Assembly (NCBI GenBank): GCA_964475445.1
Contig: CAYYWU010000003.1
Location: 7,269-71,268, forward strand
DNA: 64,000 bases
Origin: an uncultured Candidatus Saccharibacteria bacterium
GTDB taxonomy: Bacteria; Patescibacteriota; Saccharimonadia; Saccharimonadales; Saccharimonadaceae
Reading direction: 5' to 3'
Shown here: piece by piece, positions 39,049 to 48,776 of the stretch
Layout of the letters: every line of letters begins with the position of its first letter
How positions within the stretch are numbered: position 1 is the stretch's first letter
The notes under the pieces: model-generated
What the model saw: only the letters and a program-made list of their open reading frames with translations
Databases searched by the model: none
What the model was told of the DNA's origin: nothing
Position numbers and translations under genes: made by a program

Positions 39049-41412
39049 ATGTTCAAAAAAATTGTCAAACGGGATGGGAAAATTGTCGACTTTAATCCTG
39101 ATAAAATTACCGAGGCTATTGCTAAAGCTGGTCTCGTTACGGAAGAATTCAAATATGATCGTGCAAAACAACTTTCCGAGAAAGCTGTGAAGCGCGCTCA
39201 AGAAACCATCAAGCAACGTACTCCGAGTGTTGAGCAAATCCAAGACATTGTTGAGCAGATTTTAATGGAATCGGCTTTCAAGCGCACAGCTAAGGAATAT
39301 ATTACTTATCGCCAAGAGCGCAACCGTATTCGCGAAGCCAAGAGCAATCTCATGAGCATTTACAAGACGATTGCTATTGCTGATGCCAGTGAGGATTCCG
39401 ACGTCAAGAGAAGCAACGCTAACGTCGATGGCAACAGTGCCATGGGGAAAATGCTCCAGTTCGGTGCCGAGGGTTCCAAGATTTTCGCTAAGACCATCTT
39501 GATGAAGCCCGAATTTGCCAAGGCGCACGACAATGGCGATATCCATATTCATGACCTTGACTTTTATGCCACCGGTACTTTGACTTGCTGCCAGACCGAT
39601 CCGTTGCAATTGTTTGCTGATGGCGGATTTAATACTGGACATGGCCATTTACGGACGCCAAACAGCATCGGCAGTTACGGTGCCTTAGCGGCAATTATCT
39701 TGCAAGCTAACCAAAACGAGCAGCACGGCGGTCAGAGCATTCCAAACTTTGATTATGCCATGGCTCCAGGTGTCAACAAGAGCTTTCGTAAGGCTTTGAA
39801 CCGGGCGATTCGCCAATATAATCGCTTCAGTGGCAACAAAGAAATCGAAGTCAAGATTCCAGAAGATCTTGAGTACGGTGACGAAAAAGCTTTGAAGAAG
39901 CTGAAATTGCCCGACGGTATCGTGGAAAGCGCCAACGAAGACGTTGAGCGCCAGACTTTCCAAGCCATGGAAGGCTTCATTCACAATTTAAACACTATGC
40001 ATAGCCGTGCCGGCGCACAGGTGCCATTCACCAGTATTAACTTTGGCACCGATACGAGCGAGGCTGGTCGCCTAGTCAGTCGCTGTTTGCTTGACGCAAC
40101 CGAAGATGGACTTGGCCATGGCGAGACGCCAATCTTCCCGATTTCGATTTTCAAAGTCAAGGAAGGCATAAACTACAACCCTGAAGACAAGAACTACGAC
40201 TTGTTTAAGCGTAGCATGGAGGTTTCCGCAAAGCGCCTCTTCCCGAACTTCGTCTTCATCGATGCGCCGTTCAACCTGAAAGGCTACAAGCCAGGTGACT
40301 ACCGCACCGAAATCGCTACCATGGGCTGTCGCACTCGCGTTTATAGCAGCGTTTTCCCCGAAAGTGATGGCATCACAACCGGTCGCGGCAACTGTAGCTT
40401 CACGACGATTAACTTGGTACGTCTCGGCATTAAGCACGGTATTGCTCTTGGTGAGCGCAAAGAGGCTGATTGGTCCGGTTTCTACAAAGAGCTCGATCAG
40501 AAGATGGACTTGGTGGCTGATGAGTTGCTTGAACGCTACGAGTTCCAAGCCAATCAGCATGTGCGCAACTTCCCGTTCTTGATGGGCGAAGGTAACTGGT
40601 TCGGTAGCGAAAAACTGGGCTGGAACGACACACTGCGCGACGTCATTAAACACGGTACGCTCAGTATTGGCTTCATCGGTCTAGCAGAATGTCTGGTGGC
40701 AATGACTGGCAAGCACCACGGTGAAGATGAAACTTCACGCGAGCTGGGTCTCGACATCATCACTCACATGCGTGAGCGTTGTGACGAGTATGCCAAGAAA
40801 TATAAGTTGAACTTTAGCTTGCTGGCTACTCCAGCCGAAGGTTTGGCAGGTCGCTTCACCAAGATTGATCGCAAGGAATACGGCAAGATTAAGGGTGTAA
40901 CCGATCGCGACTATTACACCAATAGCTTCCATGTACCAGTTTATTATCCGATTGGCGCTTTTGAGAAAATTGAAATTGAAGCTCCATATCACGAACTCTG
41001 TAACGCGGGTCATATCACCTACATTGAGCTCGATGGTGACCCAAGCGACAACATCGAAGCTTTTGAAGCTGTGATTCGCAAGATGAAAGAGAGTGGTATT
41101 GGCTATGGATCAGTCAACCACCCAGTCGACCGTGATCCAGTTTGTGGCTATTCTGGCATCATCGAAGGCGATCGTTGCCCAAGCTGTGGTCGCAAAGAAA
41201 GTGAAGGCGATGTGCCGTTTGAGAGATTGAGGAGAATTACCGGCTATCTCGTAGGATCACTTGAGCGCTGGAACGACGGCAAGAAAGCCGAGGAGCATGA
41301 CCGCGTTAAGCACGAAGTGAAGTGTAATGTCAACGGCGTCTATAGTAAAGAAGAAAAAGCCGAACGCGAGGCCGCGAAAGCTAAGCAAAAGAGCTTGAAA
41401 GGTAAGAAATAG
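39049..41412 (+). CDS. nrdD: Class III (anaerobic) ribonucleoside-triphosphate reductase with an ATP cone
   Basis: IVKRDG ATP cone, LTCC, MGCRT, CPVCG-like Zn site and RRITGYL glycyl-radical loop. Confidence 0.97.
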   Translation: MFKKIVKRDGKIVDFNPDKITEAIAKAGLVTEEFKYDRAKQLSEKAVKRAQETIKQRTPSVEQIQDIVEQILMESAFKRTAKEYITYRQERNRIREAKSNLMSIYKTIAIADASEDSDVKRSNANVDGNSAMGKMLQFGAEGSKIFAKTILMKPEFAKAHDNGDIHIHDLDFYATGTLTCCQTDPLQLFADGGFNTGHGHLRTPNSIGSYGALAAIILQANQNEQHGGQSIPNFDYAMAPGVNKSFRKALNRAIRQYNRFSGNKEIEVKIPEDLEYGDEKALKKLKLPDGIVESANEDVERQTFQAMEGFIHNLNTMHSRAGAQVPFTSINFGTDTSEAGRLVSRCLLDATEDGLGHGETPIFPISIFKVKEGINYNPEDKNYDLFKRSMEVSAKRLFPNFVFIDAPFNLKGYKPGDYRTEIATMGCRTRVYSSVFPESDGITTGRGNCSFTTINLVRLGIKHGIALGERKEADWSGFYKELDQKMDLVADELLERYEFQANQHVRNFPFLMGEGNWFGSEKLGWNDTLRDVIKHGTLSIGFIGLAECLVAMTGKHHGEDETSRELGLDIITHMRERCDEYAKKYKLNFSLLATPAEGLAGRFTKIDRKEYGKIKGVTDRDYYTNSFHVPVYYPIGAFEKIEIEAPYHELCNAGHITYIELDGDPSDNIEAFEAVIRKMKESGIGYGSVNHPVDRDPVCGYSGIIEGDRCPSCGRKESEGDVPFERLRRITGYLVGSLERWNDGKKAEEHDRVKHEVKCNVNGVYSKEEKAEREAAKAKQKSLKGKK

Positions 41413-41903
41413 TGCAGATTCGACTTTCAGGTCCACTAGAGCATGACAATATCGTCAACGGGTACGGCCTTCGGGCCGTGCTCTGGACCCAGGGTTGCGG
41501 ACGCCACTGCCCTGGCTGCCAGAATCCAGAAACCTGGGACTTTGACGGTGGCGTAGTGGTGGATGTGGATGAAGTGAAACGACATCTACGCGAGTTTAAA
41601 GGCCAAGCTGGAATTACTTTCTGTGGTGGTGAACCCTTTGAACAGCCCGAAGCCTGCAAAGAAATCGCCGACTGGTGTCGCGAAGAACTAGGTTGGAATG
41701 TTTGGAGCTTTAGTGGCTACACTTACGAAGACTTGAAAGAGCTTGGCGGGGCAAAATGGGAGTTCCTCAAAAGCCTGGATGCGCTGATTGATGGACCGTT
41801 TATCTTAGCTGAAAGAGATTTGACGTTGAAGTTCCGCGGTTCGAGGAACCAAAGACTATTGCACCTTGAACACGGCACCGGAAAGATTTTGAGGCAAGAA
41901 TAA
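41412..41903 (+). CDS. nrdG: Class III RNR activating radical-SAM protein
   Basis: QGCGRHCPGCQNP, GGEP, DGPF and RGSRNQ motifs. Confidence 0.95.
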   Translation: MQIRLSGPLEHDNIVNGYGLRAVLWTQGCGRHCPGCQNPETWDFDGGVVVDVDEVKRHLREFKGQAGITFCGGEPFEQPEACKEIADWCREELGWNVWSFSGYTYEDLKELGGAKWEFLKSLDALIDGPFILAERDLTLKFRGSRNQRLLHLEHGTGKILRQE

Positions 41904-42394
41904 TGCGCGACTTGTATATGATTGCCTGCGTAAGCAAAGATGGTGGTCTCGGGGATCATGGCAAGTTATTGTGGCATATTCCTGAAGATATGAAGTCCTT
42001 CCGCGAAACCACGCAGGGCAGCGCTGTGATTATGGGACGCAAGACTTTTGAGAGTATTGGTAAAGCTTTACCGGGGCGTGAAAATGTGGTGTTGTCGAGA
42101 AAACAAGGTGGTGACCAAGCGGTGATGTGGTGCGATGAAGGCGAGCTGAAGAAGTTTTTGGACGCTTATCCGGGCAAGAAGTTTATCATTGGTGGCGCTA
42201 GTTTGTACGAGAAGTTTTTGCCTGAAGCAGAGGTAATTTATCTCACCGAAGTCAACGCCGAGAAGCCAGCCGATGCTTATTTTCCGCAGTTTGACCGTGA
42301 GGAGTTTAGCCATGAGGTGCTGCAGCAAGGCGGGCATAATGGTGTTAAATATCAAATAATTAAATATACCCGCAAGGAGATAGCTAATGACTGA
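41903..42394 (+). CDS. folA: Dihydrofolate reductase
   Basis: LLWHIPED, IMGRKT, LPGR, IIGGA and DAYFP motifs. Confidence 0.95.
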   Translation: MRDLYMIACVSKDGGLGDHGKLLWHIPEDMKSFRETTQGSAVIMGRKTFESIGKALPGRENVVLSRKQGGDQAVMWCDEGELKKFLDAYPGKKFIIGGASLYEKFLPEAEVIYLTEVNAEKPADAYFPQFDREEFSHEVLQQGGHNGVKYQIIKYTRKEIAND

Positions 42395-42497
42395 AATTGA
42401 AGAACTAGCCGTACGCGAAGAACACGAAATCCTGGGTGAGCTTTCGGAAGCCGTGATGACGGCTCGGCTTGAAGATTGGATTAGTAGTAATGCCTAA
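42387..42497 (+). CDS. Unannotated 36-aa acidic peptide
   Basis: AAGGAG SD; overlaps the folA stop and the iscS start by 8 nt each. Confidence 0.5.
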   Translation: MTEIEELAVREEHEILGELSEAVMTARLEDWISSNA

Positions 42498-43653
42498 AAC
42501 CGTTTATCTAGACTATGCCGCAACTACGCCCTTGTTACCCGAAGCGCGGACGGCAATGTTGGCAGTACTAGACGGGGGATACGGCAATGCTTCGAGTTTG
42601 CATAGCCCCGGGCATGCTGCTCACGAAATTGTCGAAACCGCGCGTGAGCAAGTAGCCCAGCTAATTGGCGCTGATCCTAGTGAAATTATTTTTACAAGTG
42701 GCGGCAGCGAAGCCAATAATACCGTCATGGAAACTTTTCGCGGGCAGAAAATCGCTGTGAGCAGTATTGAGCATCCGAGTGTGTTCGAGGCGGCTCAGGC
42801 GCGCGCGCAGCAAGTCGACTTGTTGCCGGTTGATGAGGTTGGATGCGTGCAGGTTGAAGATATTCCAAACGATGTAGGCCTCGTGTCGGTGATGCTGGCG
42901 AATAACGAACTAGGCACGATTGAGCCGATTGCAGAGATTGTGGAACGCTGTAGGAAAAACGGTACTTTTGTGCATAGCGACGCGACGCAGGCGCTAGGAA
43001 AGGTCCATATTGATGTTAGCGAGCTGGGCGTGGATTATTTGACTATCAGTGCCCATAAGATTGGCGGCCCAATTGGTGTTGGTGCACTTTATGTACGCCA
43101 GGGCGCGCTATTTGAGAGTCTGATCAAAGGTGGGCACCAAGAGAACCGTCGCCGCGCCGGTACTACGAATACGGCGGCAATTGCTGGGTTCGGCGCCGCG
43201 GCGCAGTGGTGCTGGGACGACTGGAGTTGTAAGAAGTGGCGAACAGTGGCAGAATTGCGTAATTTACTTTGTCAGCGGATTTTGGCGGAAGTACCATATA
43301 GTAGCTGTAATGGCTTTGCCGAGTGCATTTATAACCAGAATGGTCTGCCAAACACTTTGCCGAATATTCTCAATATGAGTTTTCAGGCAGCAGAAGGGGA
43401 AAGTATTCAGCTATATTTGGATGCTGCCGGAATTAGTGTGAGCACTGGCAGCGCTTGTGCCGCGGGAGACTTGCAACCCAGCCATGTTTTGATGGCAACG
43501 CGCGGCGATGCCGAAGTGGCGCATAGTAGTGTGAGATTTTCGCTGGGGTTAGAGACAACACGTGACGATATTGAACAAGTGATGACGGTTTTGCCAGGGA
43601 TTATCAAGCGCCTGCAGGGAATTAGTACAGTACAAATTAAGGAGCAACTATGA
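42490..43653 (+). CDS. iscS: Cysteine desulfurase (IscS/NifS family)
   Basis: YLDYAATTP, SAHKIGGP and STGSAC motifs; start MPKT at 42490. Confidence 0.93.
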   Translation: MPKTVYLDYAATTPLLPEARTAMLAVLDGGYGNASSLHSPGHAAHEIVETAREQVAQLIGADPSEIIFTSGGSEANNTVMETFRGQKIAVSSIEHPSVFEAAQARAQQVDLLPVDEVGCVQVEDIPNDVGLVSVMLANNELGTIEPIAEIVERCRKNGTFVHSDATQALGKVHIDVSELGVDYLTISAHKIGGPIGVGALYVRQGALFESLIKGGHQENRRRAGTTNTAAIAGFGAAAQWCWDDWSCKKWRTVAELRNLLCQRILAEVPYSSCNGFAECIYNQNGLPNTLPNILNMSFQAAEGESIQLYLDAAGISVSTGSACAAGDLQPSHVLMATRGDAEVAHSSVRFSLGLETTRDDIEQVMTVLPGIIKRLQGISTVQIKEQL

Positions 43654-44048
43654 GCGAAGTCAACCAATGGGTGTATTCTGAAGCGGTCAAGGAACACTTT
43701 CTGAATCCGCGCAATTTCCTCATGGGCGACGAAGCTCAATATCAGCATGATGCTGAGGGAGTTGTTGGCAATCCGGTATGTGGCGACCAGATGAAAATGT
43801 TTATCCGCGTTGTCGATGATAAAATCCAGGATGTGAAATGGAAAACTTACGGTTGCGCCAGCGCGATTGCCTCGACTTCGGCTTTGTCGGAACTAGTTAA
43901 GGGCAAAACTTTGGATGAAGCGCTAAAAGTCGGACCGGAAGAAATTACAGCCTACCTTGGCGGTTTGCCAAAACATAAGTTTCACTGTTCTGTGCTTGGG
44001 CATGAGGCACTGGCAGCCGCAATTGCAAATTATCGCAAAACGGTTTAG
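43650..44048 (+). CDS. iscU: Fe-S cluster scaffold (IscU/NifU N-terminal family)
   Basis: GNPVCGD, GCASAIAS and KFHCS motifs. Confidence 0.92.
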   Translation: MSEVNQWVYSEAVKEHFLNPRNFLMGDEAQYQHDAEGVVGNPVCGDQMKMFIRVVDDKIQDVKWKTYGCASAIASTSALSELVKGKTLDEALKVGPEEITAYLGGLPKHKFHCSVLGHEALAAAIANYRKTV

Positions 44049-44057
44049 AATAGACTT

Positions 44058-45017
44058 ATGCATATTGAGAAACGTAGTGCTGTTGCAATTTATCGTTTGG
44101 TAATTGTGATTTTGGCCGTGATTGGTCTATGGATTGAACTTGCGAGCTTTCAGGAGTCGGCTTGGCGTCTGTTCGCCACTTGGACGTTGGCGATTTTGGC
44201 TATATATTATATGGTTGTAACGATTAAGACGGCTTTTTGGAAGCGCAGTGCATTTGATGTTTTGCCGTGTCCGATGTTGCAGGGGATGCTATTGGTCGCG
44301 GGCGTAAGCATGCTGATTGCTAGCGTGAGTGGGCTGCAACTTACTGGGCTGACGGGCTTCAGTAATGTTTTAATTGCCTTTCTAATTCCACTTTTGTTAC
44401 TCGGCGACTATTTTATTTTTAGCAAAAAAGGCAGCTGGCGCACGATTGAACCATTTTATTGGTTGGCTTTTCCAGTAGTTTATGTTGCTAGCATCATCAT
44501 TACGGGCGATTTTATGTATACTACAGACCCAGGTCTAGTTTATCCTTATGGTTTTCTCAACTTTCATGCCATCGGCGTTGATCGAATGCTGTGGTTTTTT
44601 GCGCTGGAAATTGCAGTGGTGCTAGTAGTTGGCTATATACTTGTCGTAATTGATCGCCTTGCCAGTGGTAAAGTCGCCCAGCATATCGTCATGCCTCGCA
44701 TCAAGACTATCGTAATCGAAGAAGAAGTTTCTGATACTGTGCAAATGCCGGAAAAGTCAGTAGGAAAAGTTAAACAGATGAAGTCGACAACACAGAAGAA
44801 GCCGCAAGCGATGCAAGTGACCACGCAGACCAAAAAGTCACTGGCTAAGTTGCAAGATGTCAAGCCAGTTAGTAATAAAACTGGTTCTAGCAAAACTAAT
44901 GCGAAGCCAGCGTCGACGCCTAAGCGTGCCCGGAATGCTGACGTCAAAAAATCTCCGAGTAAGCCAAACGAAGTGAGCAAGCCAAATAAGTCTAATAAGC
45001 CTGCGCAAAAGACCTAG
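44058..45017 (+). CDS. Pr6Pr-family membrane protein with a Lys-rich low-complexity tail
   Basis: Multiple TM helices; YPYGFLN; K/S/P-rich C-terminus. Confidence 0.7.
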   Translation: MHIEKRSAVAIYRLVIVILAVIGLWIELASFQESAWRLFATWTLAILAIYYMVVTIKTAFWKRSAFDVLPCPMLQGMLLVAGVSMLIASVSGLQLTGLTGFSNVLIAFLIPLLLLGDYFIFSKKGSWRTIEPFYWLAFPVVYVASIIITGDFMYTTDPGLVYPYGFLNFHAIGVDRMLWFFALEIAVVLVVGYILVVIDRLASGKVAQHIVMPRIKTIVIEEEVSDTVQMPEKSVGKVKQMKSTTQKKPQAMQVTTQTKKSLAKLQDVKPVSNKTGSSKTNAKPASTPKRARNADVKKSPSKPNEVSKPNKSNKPAQKT

Positions 45018-45101
45018 ATTGTCATTTTGGCGTCACTTTGGGTTGTTATGATGATAATATCGCATATATATGCAAACAATATCATCTAACTTGAGGGTAA
45101 T

Positions 45102-45779
45102 ATGAAAATACTTGAAGTTCAGAATCTCACAAAAACTTATGGTAAGGGCGAGAACCAAGTTCATGCCGTCGACCACGTTAGTTTTTCGGTCGATGAGGGC
45201 GAATTTGTGGCGATTGTCGGCGCTAGTGGCTCCGGTAAGTCCACTTTGCTACATTTGCTTGGCGGAGTTGACCGGCCAACTTCTGGCAAAGTCCTGATTG
45301 ACGGAAAAGATATTTATGAGCTGTCTGATGACGCTCTAGCGATTTTTCGTCGACGCCAAATTGGCATTATTTATCAGTTTTATAATTTAATTCCAATTTT
45401 AGACGTTAAAGAGAATATCACATTACCGTGCGACTTGGATGGCAAGCCCGTAAATAAAAAACGCCTCGAAGAACTTTTACGGGTGTTAGGACTTAAAGAG
45501 CGTGTTACACATTTGCCGAATCAACTTTCTGGCGGTCAGCAGCAACGAGTTTCGATCGGACGCGCCATGATTAATGATCCGGCAATTATTCTCGCCGACG
45601 AGCCTACCGGCAATTTGGATTCCAAGGCTGGCGACGAAATTGTCTCGCTGCTCAAACTTTCCAACAAGAAATACCATCAAACCATCATTATCATTACGCA
45701 CGATCTTGAAATCGCTAGCCAGGCCGACCGCGTTATCACGTTTGAAGACGGCAAAATCATCAAAGACGAACGTATGTAA
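45102..45779 (+). CDS. ABC transporter ATP-binding protein (LolD/MacB type)
   Basis: GASGSGKST, LSGGQQQR and LADEPTG motifs. Confidence 0.95.
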   Translation: MKILEVQNLTKTYGKGENQVHAVDHVSFSVDEGEFVAIVGASGSGKSTLLHLLGGVDRPTSGKVLIDGKDIYELSDDALAIFRRRQIGIIYQFYNLIPILDVKENITLPCDLDGKPVNKKRLEELLRVLGLKERVTHLPNQLSGGQQQRVSIGRAMINDPAIILADEPTGNLDSKAGDEIVSLLKLSNKKYHQTIIIITHDLEIASQADRVITFEDGKIIKDERM

Positions 45780-45792
45780 GGGGGCGCCTAAA

Positions 45793-48030
45793 ATGAAAGT
45801 ATTACAGAAACTAACTTTGGCGAATTTGCGCCAAAATCGTCGCCGCACCACGGTCACAATTATCGGCGTGATTCTCTCCTCAGCCTTGATTCTAGCAGTA
45901 GTGGGAATTGTCGCCAGCATGCGTCAAATGATGATTAACTTTGCAATTGATGAAGTTGGTAATTATCATGATATGTATGAGGAAGTTCCGGCTGAAAAGT
46001 TAAAATATCTCACCGAAAACCAGCATGTGGAGTCGTATTTTTATTCCGAACCTCTGACTGAAGATACACTCAAAGACGGCTTTGATGCGGAAGTACTAGA
46101 AACTTACGAAGTATATCAGCATGCTCCTTATAAAGCAAAGTTTTATGAGAAACTCAATACTTTACCGGCAAATAACGCTAAACCTTATAACGTTTATGTA
46201 CGCTACGATGAGCCGGGAAAGTATGAAACCTTTCGTCAACAAATTCTAGAGACGCTTGGGGGCAATCCACAAATTAATGTCCGCACCAATTCCGACTTAT
46301 TGCGTTACGAGGCGGCTGCCATGAGCGATGTCACCTTAGCGTCGCTGACTAGTCTTGCGATTATTGTCATTGCTATCATCGTAGTCACGAGTATCTTCGT
46401 AATTCGTAACAGCTTTAGTATTTCGGCCACGGAGCGTGCCCGACAATTCGGTATGCTTTCTAGCGTTGGTGCCACACCACGCCAAATCCGTCGCAGCGTA
46501 ATTTTTGAAGGCGCAGTGATTGGTGCAATTGGCATTCCGCTGGGCATTTTGCTAGGCATGTTGGCCGTTGTGATTCTGGTGGCAATTATGAATTACTTGA
46601 TGCGCGATATGCTGGCCTTCACGATCAGTGTTGCAATGCCGTGGTGGATTTTCCCGATTGCCATCCTGCTCAGTGTTGTCACTATCTTTCTTTCGAGCCT
46701 CATGCCGGCGATTCGTGCCGCCAAGATGTCGCCAATTGAGGCTATCCGTGGTAACCAAGATATTAAAATCAAATCCAAAAAGTTGCGTACTCTCAAGTTC
46801 GTCAAACACACTTTTGGTATTGGCGGCGTGATTGCTGATAAAAATCTCAAGCGCAGTCGCAAAAAATATCGCACAACCGTGATTTCGATCGTGCTGTCGG
46901 TAGCAACTTTCATCGGTTTGTATAGTTTCCTGGGCTACGGTCAACAAGTCGTCGGGCTACAATATGATAATAGCAATATCGATCTGACGGTTGGTGGCGG
47001 CGATGCGGAGCTATATCAGGATTTAGCTACCAGATTCAACCTCAAAGACTATGCTTATTATCTGCGCACCAATGTTCTGGACGTTAGCCTTTATCTCGTT
47101 AATCCTGACTACTTTACTAAGTATGCCGAAGAAGTTGGCGTCAAGGCCAAAGACCTGAACAAAGTTGTGATTCTGGATGATCTCGCCATGACGGCAGATG
47201 AGGCTGGCGCGTACAAAGTTGAACGCGTGTATCCTGGCTTGAAATCTGGGGATGAGCTCGAAGTTGAAGCTGTGCTACACTGGCACGAAGAAAAAATTCA
47301 AGACGAAAATGGTGGTGGTTTCATCGCTAAAACTTATGGTGACGCTGACAAAGTAAAAGTTAAAATCCCAATTACGAAAATCACCGACCTTCGACCGCTC
47401 GGCTTTGAAAACTCTCATTACGAAACTGCCTTCGCTTCCGAAGATTACTATTTGCGCGATCGACTCGGTCTCGATGCAGATGCGACTTCGTTCTACGCTG
47501 AGAATGTCGAGGACGTGAAACCGATTATCCAGTATCTCGAGGAGGTTGAGAAAACTGGCAAATACAAATACTTAAACTTCCAAGATGTCGAGGAGGTCAA
47601 AGCCCAATCGCGACGCATCTACTTACTAATTTCGATTTTCTTGTACGGCTTTATTGCGGTAGTAACTTTGATCGGCGTGACCAATATTTTCAATACGATT
47701 ACGACAAACATTGCTTTGCGCGCCAAAGAGTTTGCGATGTTGAAGTCGATTGGTATGACGACGAGAGAGTCTAATCGTATGGTACGGTTGGAAAGTTTGA
47801 TGTATGCTGTGAAAGCGTTAGTGATTGGCATTCCGCTCGGTTTGCTCCTGTCTTACGGTTTTTACCAAAGCATTGCTCAGTCAGTTGACTTTGGTTACAG
47901 TATTCCGTGGATGGCGATTCTGCTTTCGATCATTGCGGTGGGCGCGCTGATCAGTGCAATTATGCACTACTCCGTCAAACAAGTCGAAAAACAAAACATC
48001 ATCGAAACCATTCGCAACGAAAATATTTAA
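45793..48030 (+). CDS. ABC transporter permease (FtsX/MacB type)
   Basis: Two FtsX-like repeats (ERARQFGMLSSVGAT, KEFAMLKSIGMT); start MKVLQK. Confidence 0.9.
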   Translation: MKVLQKLTLANLRQNRRRTTVTIIGVILSSALILAVVGIVASMRQMMINFAIDEVGNYHDMYEEVPAEKLKYLTENQHVESYFYSEPLTEDTLKDGFDAEVLETYEVYQHAPYKAKFYEKLNTLPANNAKPYNVYVRYDEPGKYETFRQQILETLGGNPQINVRTNSDLLRYEAAAMSDVTLASLTSLAIIVIAIIVVTSIFVIRNSFSISATERARQFGMLSSVGATPRQIRRSVIFEGAVIGAIGIPLGILLGMLAVVILVAIMNYLMRDMLAFTISVAMPWWIFPIAILLSVVTIFLSSLMPAIRAAKMSPIEAIRGNQDIKIKSKKLRTLKFVKHTFGIGGVIADKNLKRSRKKYRTTVISIVLSVATFIGLYSFLGYGQQVVGLQYDNSNIDLTVGGGDAELYQDLATRFNLKDYAYYLRTNVLDVSLYLVNPDYFTKYAEEVGVKAKDLNKVVILDDLAMTADEAGAYKVERVYPGLKSGDELEVEAVLHWHEEKIQDENGGGFIAKTYGDADKVKVKIPITKITDLRPLGFENSHYETAFASEDYYLRDRLGLDADATSFYAENVEDVKPIIQYLEEVEKTGKYKYLNFQDVEEVKAQSRRIYLLISIFLYGFIAVVTLIGVTNIFNTITTNIALRAKEFAMLKSIGMTTRESNRMVRLESLMYAVKALVIGIPLGLLLSYGFYQSIAQSVDFGYSIPWMAILLSIIAVGALISAIMHYSVKQVEKQNIIETIRNENI

Positions 48031-48037
48031 AACTCAT

Positions 48038-48066
48038 TCAGCCGGCAGAGTAATTCTGTCGGCTGA
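48038..48066. terminator. Hairpin between the permease and the response regulator
   Basis: TCAGCCGGCAGA / TCTGTCGGCTGA stem; no clear U-tract. Confidence 0.5.
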
Positions 48067-48083
48067 TGTTATAATATTAGTAG

Positions 48084-48776
48084 ATGAAAACTCGAGTTCT
48101 GTTAGTTGAAGATAACCCGCTCACCGCCAAAGGTTTACAGTATTTACTGGAGCGTGAACAATATTTCATTACCCACGCCGCGACTGCACAGACAGCAGAG
48201 GCGGAGCTTTTAGCTCAAGATTTTGATCTCATCCTGCTCGATGTGTCCTTACCGGACGGCGACGGGTTTCAGCTTGCGCAAACCTTGCGTGGTTCTGGCA
48301 AAACCTTACCAATTATTTTCTTGACGGCGCGTGACGACGAAAATGATGTAGTACATGGTCTTGAGCTTGGTGCTGATGATTATATTACGAAGCCTTTTCG
48401 CAACCGCGAATTGTTACTTCGTATCAAAAACGCTTTACGGCGTGAACATAAGTCTTCAGCTAAGTTAGTTGTTGGGCGCATTAGTTATAATCCCGACACC
48501 CTTGAGGTACTGGTGGATGAACATGAGGTTGCTCTTAGCGCTGTCGAACGTAAATTGTTGGTTTGTTTGCTCGAAGCTGCAGGACATATCGTTCCGCGCG
48601 AACGCTTGCTGGACGAAATTTATGATGCCTCTGGTAGTATCGTGAATGATAATACGCTTTCGGTTTATCTTAAACGCTTGCGCGAGAAGCTGGGGCTACC
48701 CGGCGCGATCGAAACTGTCAAAAACTTAGGCTATCGCTTACGCATACCCGAAGCAACAGAAAGTAAAAACTCATGA
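48084..48776 (+). CDS. OmpR-family response regulator
   Basis: Receiver domain plus winged helix (LRIKNALRR, LREKL, IETVKNLGY). Confidence 0.95.
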   Translation: MKTRVLLVEDNPLTAKGLQYLLEREQYFITHAATAQTAEAELLAQDFDLILLDVSLPDGDGFQLAQTLRGSGKTLPIIFLTARDDENDVVHGLELGADDYITKPFRNRELLLRIKNALRREHKSSAKLVVGRISYNPDTLEVLVDEHEVALSAVERKLLVCLLEAAGHIVPRERLLDEIYDASGSIVNDNTLSVYLKRLREKLGLPGAIETVKNLGYRLRIPEATESKNS

